Shown piece after piece: positions 49,786 to 59,870 of a stretch of 64,000 nt of DNA. This stretch comes from Candidatus Marinacidobacterales bacterium (GTDB lineage Bacteria > Acidobacteriota > Vicinamibacteria > Marinacidobacterales > SMYC01), in contig OZ250169.1 of assembly GCA_965237955.1 (NCBI GenBank), forward strand, positions 1,216,001 to 1,280,000, written 5' to 3'. The notes below the pieces were generated by a model, which was given only the letters and a program-made list of their open reading frames with translations, did not search any database and was not told the origin of the DNA. Position 1 is the first letter of the stretch; each line of letters opens with the position of its first letter. Made by a program: the position numbers and the translations under genes.

Positions 49786-52554
49786 ATGCGCCATCATTGG
49801 CCCATCTTGAGAACTGCGTTAGCGGCTCTTGCCCCATTGGTTCTAATCACCTGGATTCACTGGGACGCTGTCGCCGCCGTTACACTTTCGCTGACGAGCG
49901 TTACCTGGCTCCTCCTCGCCGGCGCCCTCTACACGCAGCTCGTCGAGTATTGGTGTCACCGCGTACCGATGCACCGCGGTCTTCCGTATCTGACCTACGT
50001 TCGATGGAATCATCTCGACCATCACCGTATTTTCCGCGGGACGAACTTCCAAACGCGGGATGTCGACGATCTCGAACACATCACCGGCCGGTTTTGGGTC
50101 TTTCCGATACTTTTTCTCGTCCACTACGCCGCACTCGTCTTCGTCATCGAAGCGCAGGCGCTCATCGTTTTCCTGCTCGGTACCGTGCTCCACTATCTCG
50201 TGTTCGAGGCTACGCACTGGCTCACCCACATCGAGGACAACCCTGTCGACCGCATGCTCGCGCGCATTCCGCTCGTCTCCGAGCTTCGTGCGTATCAAAT
50301 CGAGCACCACCGCATCCATCATGAAGTGCCCGAGATGGCTTTCAATTTCAATCCGCCGTACCTCGGCGACCGTATCGCCGGCCATATGCCCAACCGAGCG
50401 GAAGCGTGGGCAGGCGGAGTCGCCTTCGAAACGCCAGAGGCAGCGCTGGTGCCAACCGTCGCGCCACAACCGATCGTCCCGGTCGTCGAGGCACGATTCG
50501 GCGTTTGGCGTCGGCGACTCGTTCGCTACGGCTCCGCCGCCGCCGTCGGCGTCGCGCTCGTCGGTGCCGTCGTCGTTGCACACGGCCTCCTCACTAAGGG
50601 CCGCCGACAAAATAACTGTCTAGTTTTGAGCACACTCTTCCTGTTTCAGGTCGTGATCGCGATGTCGTCTGGCATCACGAGAGCCTGGCAAGCTCCCTAG
50701 AAACGGAACATTTGTAGATCTTCAGCAACCAGCGCGTGTTTGACAAACGGTCCTCATTTTAGGGAGGATTACGCCTATCAAGGAGCACTTCTCCTATTAT
50801 GAGACCTACGAGCTATCAGTCTGAAGATCTCGACCGCCTGTTGAGGAAGCACAAAATAGCTACCCTCGATGATTTGAAGGCAGTGTTGGGTACCGATGTG
50901 GACTCGACCGTCTTCCGAAAGCTCAATGAGTTGGCGTATCGGACAAGCTACTCCCACCGTGGTAGCTACTACACGTTGGACGAGATCGCCCAGTTCGATC
51001 GAAAAGGTCTTTGGTCGTTGCGCTCAGTGTGGTTCTCGAAGTACGGGACGTTGCTTGCGACGGTAAAAGCGTTGGTCGCGGCCTGTGAGGCAGGCTACTA
51101 CGTCGACGAGCTCGAGGACGTGGTGCAGGTTGACGTCAAGGCTCCTCTGTTGAAACTGGTCCGAGAGAAAAGATTGGCGCGCGAGCAGGTGTTCGGCCGA
51201 TATCTGTATCTGGCCACCGATGTGAGCACGCGCAAGCAACAGCTCTCGGCCCGCCAGGTACATGAGGCGTCACCTTCCACGTTGGGCTGGGTCGGGGGAG
51301 TCCGCGTGCTCCCCGTGGAGTTGAAGGCTGCGATCGTTCTTTTCTACAGCCTGCTCGATGAAAAGCAGCGCCGTCTCTACGCGGGAGTCGAGGCCATGAA
51401 GCTCGGTCACGGTGGCGACCAACAGATTGCCGAACTGCTCGGGATGGATCCGAGCACGGTAGCCAGAGGTCGTAGGGAATTGCTAATGAGAGATGTTGAG
51501 CTCGACGGAGTTCGGCGAAAGGGTGGCGGACGGCGCGCCGTGCAAAAAAAACGCCAGAAGTCATCGCCAAGATCGAAGAACTCATGAAGCACGACACCGC
51601 GGGCGATCCGATGACGGGAGTGAAATGGACGCGGCGGACCACCGACAAGATTGCTTGCGAGCTAAGAAGCCTTGGTGTGAACGTCAGCAGCAAAACCGTC
51701 GGTCGACTGCTCAAACAGCTCGGCTTCTCGTTGCGGGTGAACCACAAGAAGCTGTGCGGTGCCACGTCCGAAGATCGCGATACCCAATTCGCGTGTATCG
51801 CCGAACTGCGCGAGCGTTTTGCCGCAGCTGGTCATCCCATCATCAGCGTAGACACGAAGAAACGGGAGCTGGTGGGATTATTCAAAAACGGCGGGCAGGC
51901 CTGGAACCGCGAGCCGACTCTCGTCAAAGACCATGACTTCCGTTCCGAATCGAACGGCATCGCAATCCCCTACGGCGTCTACGATCTGCTCGCGAACCGC
52001 GGGACAGTGTTCATTGGTACCTCGTACAACACCCCGGACTTCGCCGTGAATGCCATCGAGAAGTGGTGGCGAACGGAAGGACGGCGACGCTATCCTGCAG
52101 CCCGTGACCTCGCGATATTGGCAGACGCCGGGGGCAGCAATGGCTATCGGTGTCGGGGTTGGAAGCACGGGCTTCAAACGCGGATTTGCAATCGCCACGA
52201 CATCGCTATCACCATAGCCCACTATCCGTCCGGTACATCCAAGTGGAATCCAGTGGAGCACCGTCTGTTCAGCGAGATCAGCAAGAACTGGGCGGGCAGG
52301 CCTCTCGACAGCTACGAAACCATCCTCAAATACATCCGCACGACCACCACCTCTTCCGGTTTGCGAGTACGCGCACACCTTATCCGGCGTCGTTATCCGA
52401 AGGGCGTCAAAATCACTGACGAGCGGATGCAGGCGCTTTCCGTTACAAAGGACCAGACTCTACCCAAATGGAACTACACCATCCGACCGTCTTGAAAACG
52501 GGAACTTATTTTGTCGCCGGCCCTAAGGGCCCGTCTCCCGAGCAAACCGCCTAG
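49786..52554 (+). CDS. Fatty acid hydroxylase/sterol desaturase family protein; last 8 codons displaced by ISAzo13
   Basis: His-boxes HRVPMH, HLDHH, HWLTH, HHRIHH; original end LTKGPSPEQTA* continues at 52527-52554; now reads into the IS and stops at 50700. Confidence 0.8.
50598..52523 (+). mobile_element. ISAzo13-family insertion sequence
   Basis: 18-bp IR GGGCCG(C/G)CGACAAAATAA; TAA target duplication. Confidence 0.92.
50799..52495 (+). CDS. ISAzo13 transposase in two ORFs joined by a probable -1 frameshift at A8 (51544-51551)
   Basis: ORF1 LDEKQRRLYAG..HGGD; ORF2 TAGDPM, ISVDTKKRELVG, DAGGSNG, HYPSGTSKWNPVEHRLFS. Confidence 0.88.
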
Positions 52555-52683
52555 TCCCCCGGATCTTTGATTACTATACAAAGTTAGGCTTTTCGCCAGC
52601 CCATAAGATTCATAAGATTCATGCACTTAGAATGGTTTCGGCAAGCTCTGCTTTATCTAGTTTGTTCTGATACAGGGGACTAG
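52551..52683. mobile_element. 133-bp MITE, copy 2 (inverted relative to copy 1)
   Basis: Reverse complement nearly identical to 10267-10399; inserted at the CTAG overlapping the hydroxylase stop codon. Confidence 0.9.
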
Positions 52684-52734
52684 CGCACCCGCCGCTTTTG
52701 CGGTGGAAAACGTCGGGTTTCCCCAACTTTAAAC

Positions 52735-52986
52735 ACGCTGAAGATCGACAAGTTCTTCACTCGGGGCATCGCCGTCGACGGCAAGGATGCCACCATCAAG
52801 AAAGCCCTGCTCGCGATGGGACACCGACTCGAGTTGAACGTCGTTGCGGAGGGCGTCGAAAACGAGGCACAGATGTCGTTTCTCGGCGAGCACCACCGGG
52901 CCGAAGTACAAGGCTACCTTTTCGGGAAGCCCATCCCGGCTTCGGAGCTCGCGAGAACGTTGGAACAATACGCCATCGCGGTCTGA
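52735..52986 (+). pseudogene. EAL (c-di-GMP phosphodiesterase) C-terminal remnant, not in the ORF track
   Basis: Manual translation TLKIDKFF..LELNVVAEGVENEAQ..EVQGYLFGKPIP..*. Confidence 0.85.
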
Positions 52987-53067
52987 CCCTTAGGGTCCTT
53001 ACACCCGCCCGCTGAATCCGGTACCATGGATTCATCCGCATTTCGCCGGATGTTGATTTGCTGTCCA

Positions 53068-53877
53068 ATGCCCTATACCGGACGTCTCGAGGCGACTCCC
53101 CTTCTGGACATCGTGCAGATCATCGCGTACTCGCAGCAAAGCGGTCTTCTCTCCGTCAAAGGGAGCAACACCAAAGGGCTTCTGATTTTTCAGGCTGGGA
53201 ACATTATCTGCGCCTACTCGCCTACCGCATTGCCGCTCCTCGTCAAAGCCGCCAAAGAACAAAATCCTGACAATCGCCTCTCGCTCAGACGCATCCAGGT
53301 GCTCGCCGCTCTCCGAGAGCTATTCGACGTCGGCGAAGGCGACTATCGTTTCGTCAAGAAAGCCGAGCCCATCACCGAGCTCGAGGGGCTCGATATGAGG
53401 TTGTTCTACGCGAGCGGCCCACTGGACACCGGCGATCTCCTGCTCGTCCTCGAGAACGCGATGGACGAGCAGCCGCAGGATATCCAAGTCACCCGCGTTT
53501 CTCCGCCGGAATCGCGCGTGGCCACCGAAGGCCGTGTGCATCCTCGCTACGGGCCGATCGTCGTCCAAGCCACCCTCGAGTTCGCCGGCACCACCGTCGT
53601 CGGTTATTTGACTAATCTGAGCGAGGGCGGTACTTTCTTCCACGCGGACGAGTTTCCTGGACCCGATAGCGAGTGTGAGCTCGGTTTCGAGCTTCCATGG
53701 GAGCTAGGGTACTGTCAGGCGAAAACCAAAGTGGCCTGGCTCCGCTCCGAGGGGCCCGACACCCGACGAGGCGTCGGGCTGACTTTCCTCGAGGTCTCCC
53801 CCGACAGCAAGGGAAGAATCGCCGCCTATTTGGAGCGATTCCAGGAGCTCGCCGCAGATGTGGATTTCGAGGCCTAG
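53068..53877 (+). CDS. DUF4388 + PilZ domain protein
   Basis: GRLEATPLLDIVQII..SGLL; PilZ RVHPR and NLSEGG; GVGLTF. Confidence 0.85.
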   Translation: MPYTGRLEATPLLDIVQIIAYSQQSGLLSVKGSNTKGLLIFQAGNIICAYSPTALPLLVKAAKEQNPDNRLSLRRIQVLAALRELFDVGEGDYRFVKKAEPITELEGLDMRLFYASGPLDTGDLLLVLENAMDEQPQDIQVTRVSPPESRVATEGRVHPRYGPIVVQATLEFAGTTVVGYLTNLSEGGTFFHADEFPGPDSECELGFELPWELGYCQAKTKVAWLRSEGPDTRRGVGLTFLEVSPDSKGRIAAYLERFQELAADVDFEA

Positions 53878-53977
53878 AAGCCCGAATCCCCTGATAATTA
53901 ATAAATGATGAATTTCCGGCGAAAGCCGGATAATCCAGTTTTGTGCCCGCAACGGGGCTTGGTAGCAAGGAGAAATA

Positions 53978-55693
53978 ATGTCAGCGCATTTGATCGAGCC
54001 GCATGGTGGAGCCCTGACGAACCTCGTCGTCGAGCCGGAGCGGCAGACCGAGCTCAAGGCGAACTCGACCGACTGGCCGTCCTGGGACCTCACCCCACGC
54101 CAACTCTGTGACCTCGAGCTCGTGCTGAACGGCGGGTTCTCGCCACTCACGGGTTTCCTCGGCCGCTCGGACTACGAGTCCGTGTGCTCGGACATGCGTC
54201 TCGAGAGTGGGCTCCTGTGGCCGATACCGATCACCCTCGACGTGACCGAAGAACGTGCCAAAGAGCTGGACTCCGACGCCAAGCTAGCGCTTCGCGATCC
54301 GGAGGGCGTCATGCTCGCTGTCCTTCACGTCGATGACGTGTGGCAGCCCGATCGCGAGGCGGAAGTCGAGGCCGTGTTCGGCACGACCAATCCAGAGCAT
54401 CCCGGAGTCGGATACACGTTGAACCAGGCTCATCCTTACTACGTCGGCGGACGGCTCGAGGGAGTGCAGCTACCGATCCACCATGACTTTCGTGCGCTCC
54501 GCTTCGCCCCCAAGAGGCTTCGCGAAGAGTTCGGCCGGCTCGGGTGGCGGAAGATCGTCGCGTTTCAAACGCGCAACCCCATGCACCGCGCTCATCACGA
54601 GCTGACGCTGCGTGCCGCGAAGAAAGTCGAAGCGAATCTTCTGATTCACCCTGTCGTCGGCATGACCAAACCCGGCGACCTCGATCACTACACACGAGTG
54701 CGTTGTTACCAAGCCATCGCGTCCCACTACCCGCGGAACACCGCGCGTCTGTCGCTCCTGCCGCTCGCGATGCGCATGGGAGGGCCGCGCGAAGCGGTGT
54801 GGCACGCGATCATCCGCAAGAACTACGGTTGCACCCACCTCATAATAGGGCGCGACCACGCCGGCCCGGGAAGCGATTCGAGCGGCAAACCGTTCTACGG
54901 TCCGTACGACGCTCAGGAGCTCTTGCAGAAACACGAAAAAGAGAGCGGCGTGGCGATGGTGCCGTTCAAGATGATGGTGTATCTCGAAGACAAAGATACC
55001 TACATGCCGCAGGACGAAGTCGAGGAAGGCACCCGCGTGCTAAGCATTTCAGGGACGGAGCTCCGTGAACGCCTCGCGGGCGGCAAAGATCTTCCCGAGT
55101 GGTTCACGTTTCCCGCCGTCGCCCAAGAGCTCAGAAAAACGCATCCGCCGCGAGAACGTCAGGGCTTCACCGTGTTCTTCACCGGCCTATCGGGTTCCGG
55201 CAAATCGACGATCGCCAACGTGCTCCTCGTCAAGCTTCTCGAAATGGGCGGCCGTCCGGTGACGATCCTCGACGGCGACCTCGTGCGCAAGAACTTGTCG
55301 TCGGAGCTCGGTTTCTCCAAAGAGCACCGCGACATCAATATCCGCCGTATCGGCTACGTGGCGTCGGAGATCACCAAAAACGGCGGCATCGCCGTGTGTG
55401 CGCCGATCGCGCCGTACGCCTCCGTGCGCAAGGAAGTCGAGGCGATGATTGCCCCCCTCGGCGGCTACATCCTGGTCCACGTCGCGACTCCCCTCGAAGT
55501 TTGTGAGAAACGCGATCGCAAGGGGATGTACGCCAAAGCACGCGCGGGAATCATCAAAGAGTTCACCGGCATCTCCGATCCTTACGAGGAGCCCGAGAAC
55601 GCGGCGTTGACGATCGACACGACCGACAAGAGCCCGGAGGAAGCCGCGCAGGAGATCATCCTCCACCTCGAAAGCCTCGGGTTCATCGGGTGA
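53978..55693 (+). CDS. sat: Bifunctional sulfate adenylyltransferase / adenylylsulfate kinase
   Basis: VAFQTRNPMHRAH, MRMGGPREA, GRDHAG; APS kinase FTGLSGSGKST, LDGDLVR, FTGISDPYEEP. Confidence 0.96.
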   Translation: MSAHLIEPHGGALTNLVVEPERQTELKANSTDWPSWDLTPRQLCDLELVLNGGFSPLTGFLGRSDYESVCSDMRLESGLLWPIPITLDVTEERAKELDSDAKLALRDPEGVMLAVLHVDDVWQPDREAEVEAVFGTTNPEHPGVGYTLNQAHPYYVGGRLEGVQLPIHHDFRALRFAPKRLREEFGRLGWRKIVAFQTRNPMHRAHHELTLRAAKKVEANLLIHPVVGMTKPGDLDHYTRVRCYQAIASHYPRNTARLSLLPLAMRMGGPREAVWHAIIRKNYGCTHLIIGRDHAGPGSDSSGKPFYGPYDAQELLQKHEKESGVAMVPFKMMVYLEDKDTYMPQDEVEEGTRVLSISGTELRERLAGGKDLPEWFTFPAVAQELRKTHPPRERQGFTVFFTGLSGSGKSTIANVLLVKLLEMGGRPVTILDGDLVRKNLSSELGFSKEHRDINIRRIGYVASEITKNGGIAVCAPIAPYASVRKEVEAMIAPLGGYILVHVATPLEVCEKRDRKGMYAKARAGIIKEFTGISDPYEEPENAALTIDTTDKSPEEAAQEIILHLESLGFIG

Positions 55694-56490
55694 GCGATCC
55701 GATCCTCGCGCGCATCGCAGAAGCGCTTCGAGCATCCGCGGAGATCTTCCGGGACTACGAGCCGGGAAAAGTCGAGGCGAAGGAAAAGGCCGGTGGCGAC
55801 CCCGTCACCGAAGCGGACAACGCCGTCAACGAGGTGCTCCACAAGCTGTTGCCCCGCGACGGCGAGGGCTGGCTTTCCGAAGAGACGACGGATGATCTTC
55901 GTCGTCTCGAGGCGCGTCGCGTTTGGGTCGTCGACCCGCTCGACGGCACCAAGGAGTTCGTTTTGGGCATTCCGGAATGGTGCGTCTCGATCGGCTACGT
56001 CGAGGACGGCGTCCCGACGGCGGGTGGTATCTTCAACCCGCAGAGTGGCGAGACGATCCTCGGCGGACGCGGCGAAGGGGTTCTCTACAACGGCGAAGCG
56101 GCAACGATGAGCCAGCGCGACCGTCTCGAAGGAGCCGTCGTTCTCGGAAGCCGTAGCGAGTCCAAGCGCGGCGAATGGGATCTCTTCGACGACGCGCCCT
56201 TCACCGTACGCCCCATGGGCTCGGTGGCGTACAAGCTCGGCCTCGTCGCCGCCGGCAAGGCGGACGCTACCTGGACGGTCATTCCCAAGAACGAATGGGA
56301 CGTCGCAGCCGGCGTCGCCCTCGTGCTCGCGGGCGCAGGCGTTGCCTACGAGCCCGATGGAACACCGCGCACGTTCAACAGCCGCGATCCACTTCTGAGC
56401 GGTCTCGTCGCCCACCCGACGGCGCTGGCCACGGACGTCAAACCCGTGGTCGAACGCCACCGACTCTCCCAGGCAGCGCGGGCGCGCTAG
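55690..56490 (+). CDS. cysQ: 3'(2'),5'-bisphosphate nucleotidase (CysQ / IMPase family)
   Basis: PVTEAD, LSEE, WVVDPLDGTKEF, EWDVAAG; 4-bp overlap with sat. Confidence 0.88.
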   Translation: MSDPILARIAEALRASAEIFRDYEPGKVEAKEKAGGDPVTEADNAVNEVLHKLLPRDGEGWLSEETTDDLRRLEARRVWVVDPLDGTKEFVLGIPEWCVSIGYVEDGVPTAGGIFNPQSGETILGGRGEGVLYNGEAATMSQRDRLEGAVVLGSRSESKRGEWDLFDDAPFTVRPMGSVAYKLGLVAAGKADATWTVIPKNEWDVAAGVALVLAGAGVAYEPDGTPRTFNSRDPLLSGLVAHPTALATDVKPVVERHRLSQAARAR

Positions 56491-56715
56491 CGAAGCTTCA
56501 GCAGTGCAATCACTCACCAGTGCCACGTCGACGTCGCTGGAGCGATCATGGTCTCGCCTTTCCTTTCATTGATGAGCGTTTCGTAACCACGGCCGCTCGA
56601 GCGCATTTTGAAATAATCCCCAACCGCATTGTCCAGCACGTAATTGACCCTGGTCTTTCTTCAGGAACATCGTTCGACAGAGTCTTATCTTGGGGTGGTA
56701 CAAGTTCTTAATGGA

Positions 56716-56750
56716 GAATTATCGTGTTATGATATTATCGTATCGTGATA
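56716..56750 (+). promoter_or_regulatory. Putative higBA promoter/operator
   Basis: AT-rich; tandem imperfect palindromes TATCGTGTTATGATA and TATCGTATCGTGATA overlapping -10-like hexamers and the GTG start. Confidence 0.45.
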
Positions 56751-57035
56751 CAAGACTTCGGCAATCGACTGGCGGAGGATCTCTATGACGACAAAAATAC
56801 AAAGGCGGTCAGGCGAATTCCGAAAGAGTTACACCGAAGAGCTCGACGCAAGCTGTTGTATTTACATGAAGCGGCAGAGCTCCAAGATTTGCGCGAACCA
56901 CCCGGTAACAGGTTGGAAGCCTTCAAGGGTGATTGGAAGGGCTTTCATTCCATTCGCAGTAATGATCAGTGGCGAATCGTTTTCCGGTGGCAAAGTAGCA
57001 ACGCTTATGATGTGCATGTCATCGATTATCACTGA
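56745..57035 (+). CDS. higB: HigB (RelE/ParE superfamily) toxin
   Basis: MIQDF..ARRKL..DLREPPGNRLEAFKG..HSIRSNDQWRIVFRW..IDYH. Confidence 0.92.
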   Translation: MIQDFGNRLAEDLYDDKNTKAVRRIPKELHRRARRKLLYLHEAAELQDLREPPGNRLEAFKGDWKGFHSIRSNDQWRIVFRWQSSNAYDVHVIDYH

Positions 57036-57069
57036 TGACGGGGGTTATTTTTATGCCTCTCCTGCCATT

Positions 57070-58287
57070 TCAGTGGATCCTCTCGAGGGTGAGACCGCCA
57101 CAGTTTAGGTAGACGAGACTGATGAGAGCTTCGGCAGAGTGGAGTCCAAAGCTGCGGTGGCTCAGCAGCCTGATTTTGTTGTTCATTCCTTCGAGTCGGC
57201 CGTTGCTGAGTCTCCACGTGACCCACGCGATGACGCCATCGAAGTGGCTGCTCATCTTCGCCGCGCGTTTGACGGGCTCTATCCTCGAGCTCATAGCGCG
57301 CCGCAGCCATCCTCGGAGAAACTTCTTGGCCCATGTCTCGGTTTTGTAGGTGTAGAGGTCCATGAAGTCGTCGCGCAGAAGCATGGCGCGGTAGAGGCGA
57401 CGATTAGCTCGCACCTGCTCGCGGAGCACCCGTTTGTCTTTCGCGCTGCGGTTGTGTTTGGCCTTGAGAAGGGGAAACTTGGTGTTCTTGAGGTTGCGCC
57501 GGGCAGTCCCTTTGAGCTCGCGCACCAGCTCGCGCCGGGTCTTATCCACGGCCTCGTTCAGATGCTTGACGATGTGGAAGCGGTCAAAGATCACCCGTGC
57601 CTGAGGAGCCTTTTTGCCGACGACAGTTATGTACGGCTCCCACATGTCCATGCTGACCGCTTCGAGCTCCGCGGCTCTTTGTGGTCCGAGCTTGCGGAAA
57701 AACCGCAGCAGCGTCTTGGCCTTGCGCTCCTTTCCCGCCCAGACGACCCGGCCGCTGAGATGGTCTATTACCACTGTTAAGTACTTGTGGCGTTTGCGGT
57801 AGCTGATCTCGTCCATCCCAATCACCCGCAATCCATCGAGCTCGCGCCGCTCATCCCGCTGCTCGGCAACCACTCGCTGGATGATCCGTCGCACCGAACG
57901 CCACGTCACTCGGAAATAGTTCGCTACGGCGCTGACGTCCGTCCTCTGTGCCAGCCACGCTACCTCTTGTTCGAAGCTTTTGGTAAAGCGGCTTCCCTTG
58001 TCTGCCCAAGGCACCTTTTCTCTGACCACTCCACACCGCCGACATACCACTCGTCGGATCGAGTAGCGAAGATAGGTCCGGACTCCGAACAGGTCCAAGT
58101 GCCGCCAGTAGCGATTGTAGCGATCTTTGTTCTTGCGGACCTTTCGTCCGCAAATCCCGCACAGAGGCTTCCTCCTCCGTGGTACTACATCCACCACCAC
58201 TCTGGCTTTGTCCGCCTGGAAGTAGAAACCTCGGACCCACAGGCCTTGCAATCCGATGAGCTTGTTGACTAACGTAGTAACGCGCAT
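57070..58287 (-). CDS. ISL3 transposase
   Basis: Zn finger CGIC..CRRC; IGMDEIS, SMDMW, FDRFHIV, SNGRLEGMNNKI. Confidence 0.93.
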   Translation of the reverse strand: MRVTTLVNKLIGLQGLWVRGFYFQADKARVVVDVVPRRRKPLCGICGRKVRKNKDRYNRYWRHLDLFGVRTYLRYSIRRVVCRRCGVVREKVPWADKGSRFTKSFEQEVAWLAQRTDVSAVANYFRVTWRSVRRIIQRVVAEQRDERRELDGLRVIGMDEISYRKRHKYLTVVIDHLSGRVVWAGKERKAKTLLRFFRKLGPQRAAELEAVSMDMWEPYITVVGKKAPQARVIFDRFHIVKHLNEAVDKTRRELVRELKGTARRNLKNTKFPLLKAKHNRSAKDKRVLREQVRANRRLYRAMLLRDDFMDLYTYKTETWAKKFLRGWLRRAMSSRIEPVKRAAKMSSHFDGVIAWVTWRLSNGRLEGMNNKIRLLSHRSFGLHSAEALISLVYLNCGGLTLERIH

Positions 58288-58412
58288 CGCGGGAACGCTC
58301 TTTTCTCTTTCGGAAAAAAAGATTCTAGCGTTCTCGCCGATGCGCATCTACACATGGCTTACCCTCTCAACCCACGGGCCTCACCAAATGCCACTGCCCC
58401 TCAGCGAGAGAC

Positions 58413-58725
58413 GAGGCTGTGGGAAACGCCCCCACGGTTCTGGTCGTTCAGACCTTGCTCACGACTGAGTTCTCTTCGAAGCCTGGAAGGGCGTTTTCCA
58501 TAGCCTCCACTAATCGAGCCCCCCCTTCCTTATTCCATATGAATTAATCTTTCTTGTATATATATCAGGAGGGGCCTGTGGGCGCTCGTGGGAAACGCGA
58601 AGCGTTTTCCAAGCGATTGTGGAAAACGCCGCTCCACGTTTGTACGTGCTCACAACCTTTCCCTAAACGCCTCTCTCGCCCGGAGTTTCCGGCGTTTTCC
58701 ACAATCGCGGCAGCGTCCATAGGCC
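58413..58725 (+). other. Two strongly structured palindromic elements in the ISL3 non-coding end
   Basis: 19-bp stem 58413-58507; multi-branch stem 58573-58725; mismatches are G-U on the + strand. Confidence 0.6.
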
Positions 58726-58776
58726 ATGCCCTCCAACACAAATCAGATCCCCCGAAACGACAGGAGAACCATTTTT

Positions 58777-59046
58777 ATGAGGCAGCCAACTAATCCGTTT
58801 CATCCTGGGGAAATTCTCGCTGAGGAGTTTTTGAATCCGGCAGGAATCACGCAAACTGCTTTTGCGGAGAAGATAGGCTGGACGCGGGCCCGTCTCAACG
58901 AGCTCATCAACGGGAAGCGCGGAATAACGGCTGACGCAGCGTTGGACCTCGCTGAAGCGTTGGGCACCACCGCCAAATTATGGATGAATCTTCAGACCAC
59001 CTATGACCTAAATCGCGCTAAGAAACGAAGAGAGCAGGTCGCTTGA
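58777..59046 (+). CDS. higA: HigA antitoxin (XRE HTH)
   Basis: HPGEILAEEFL..ITQTAFA..LNELINGKRGITADAALDL..LWMNLQ..YDL. Confidence 0.93.
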   Translation: MRQPTNPFHPGEILAEEFLNPAGITQTAFAEKIGWTRARLNELINGKRGITADAALDLAEALGTTAKLWMNLQTTYDLNRAKKRREQVA

Positions 59047-59198
59047 TACTATCCTGAACTCCCACCGGATTTTGCAATCTGTTCTCCGGGACTTGCGATC
59101 CTATGAGGTCCCGTTTGCGTCGAGGTGCCGATCGACTTCATCGAGCTTCTGAGCATCTACCACTTGTTCGGCGATCCCGCGCTCACCCTTCGTCCCAA

Positions 59199-59819
59199 CT
59201 AGCCGCGGTTGCGGTAGAGCTTTTCGTCGACGGCCCCGGCCATCTTCTCGGGGGCGAGTGGAAGGCCCAAGAACTCCTTGATGCGACGGGCCTGCTCGAG
59301 CGGATTGGCCACAGCATCCTTATACGGAATCTCGAGAGACTCCAGGTGGTCGGCGTGTTTCAGGAGGTAGTTGACCTTCCACAAGTGGTCTTTCCAGAGC
59401 TCGAGCATTTTCTCGTCCTCGATCTCATTGGCCTCCCCCCGACGATCGAGCATTTTTTGCTGGGACGCGAGCACCTCCGGTAGGTCTCGCCGCATGAAGA
59501 TGACCTTGTAGTTGTTCGTCTCCGGAAGGTCCTTGAGAAGAAAGGAGATGATCTTGACCGCCTTGCCGCGCGCCTCGCGAAGCCAGCCACGGTCTTTGCC
59601 ATCCTTATCGGCCTTGTGGAGATCCTTGACCCGCTCGTCCTCGAAATAACCCTTGGGGTTGTCCTCGCCGGCTTTGCGCACGCCGTCGGTGATGGCGCTG
59701 ACACCTGCGGCCGCCAGCATTTGCATTGCCATCGAGGTACCCGAGCGCGGAAGCCCCGAGACCACGATCACGGGCTCTCCGTAGCGGATCCTTCGATAGA
59801 GGCGATAAAGTCTCTTCAT
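59199..59819 (-). CDS. PAPS-dependent sulfotransferase family protein
   Basis: 5'-PSB loop VVSGLPRSGTS; DNPKGYFE; 3'-PB IFMRRDL.EVLAS. Confidence 0.85.
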   Translation of the reverse strand: MKRLYRLYRRIRYGEPVIVVSGLPRSGTSMAMQMLAAAGVSAITDGVRKAGEDNPKGYFEDERVKDLHKADKDGKDRGWLREARGKAVKIISFLLKDLPETNNYKVIFMRRDLPEVLASQQKMLDRRGEANEIEDEKMLELWKDHLWKVNYLLKHADHLESLEIPYKDAVANPLEQARRIKEFLGLPLAPEKMAGAVDEKLYRNRG

Positions 59820-59870
59820 CCCAACAGAGCATGCTACACTATCCCGTCCTCCCCTTTTGAGATAGACTAA

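Larger units (their letters stand above)
57055..58770 (-). mobile_element. ISL3-family insertion sequence between higB and higA
   Basis: Imperfect IRs GCCTCTCCTGCCATTTC..GGATC / GGTTCTCCTGTCGTTTC..GGATC; 8-bp target duplication ATTTTTAT (57047-57054, 58771-58778). Confidence 0.92.

Noticed and set aside
53915-53930. GAAA-tetraloop hairpin upstream of sat as a riboswitch or terminator
   Set aside because: Single 6-bp stem, no adjacent U-tract and no recognisable aptamer
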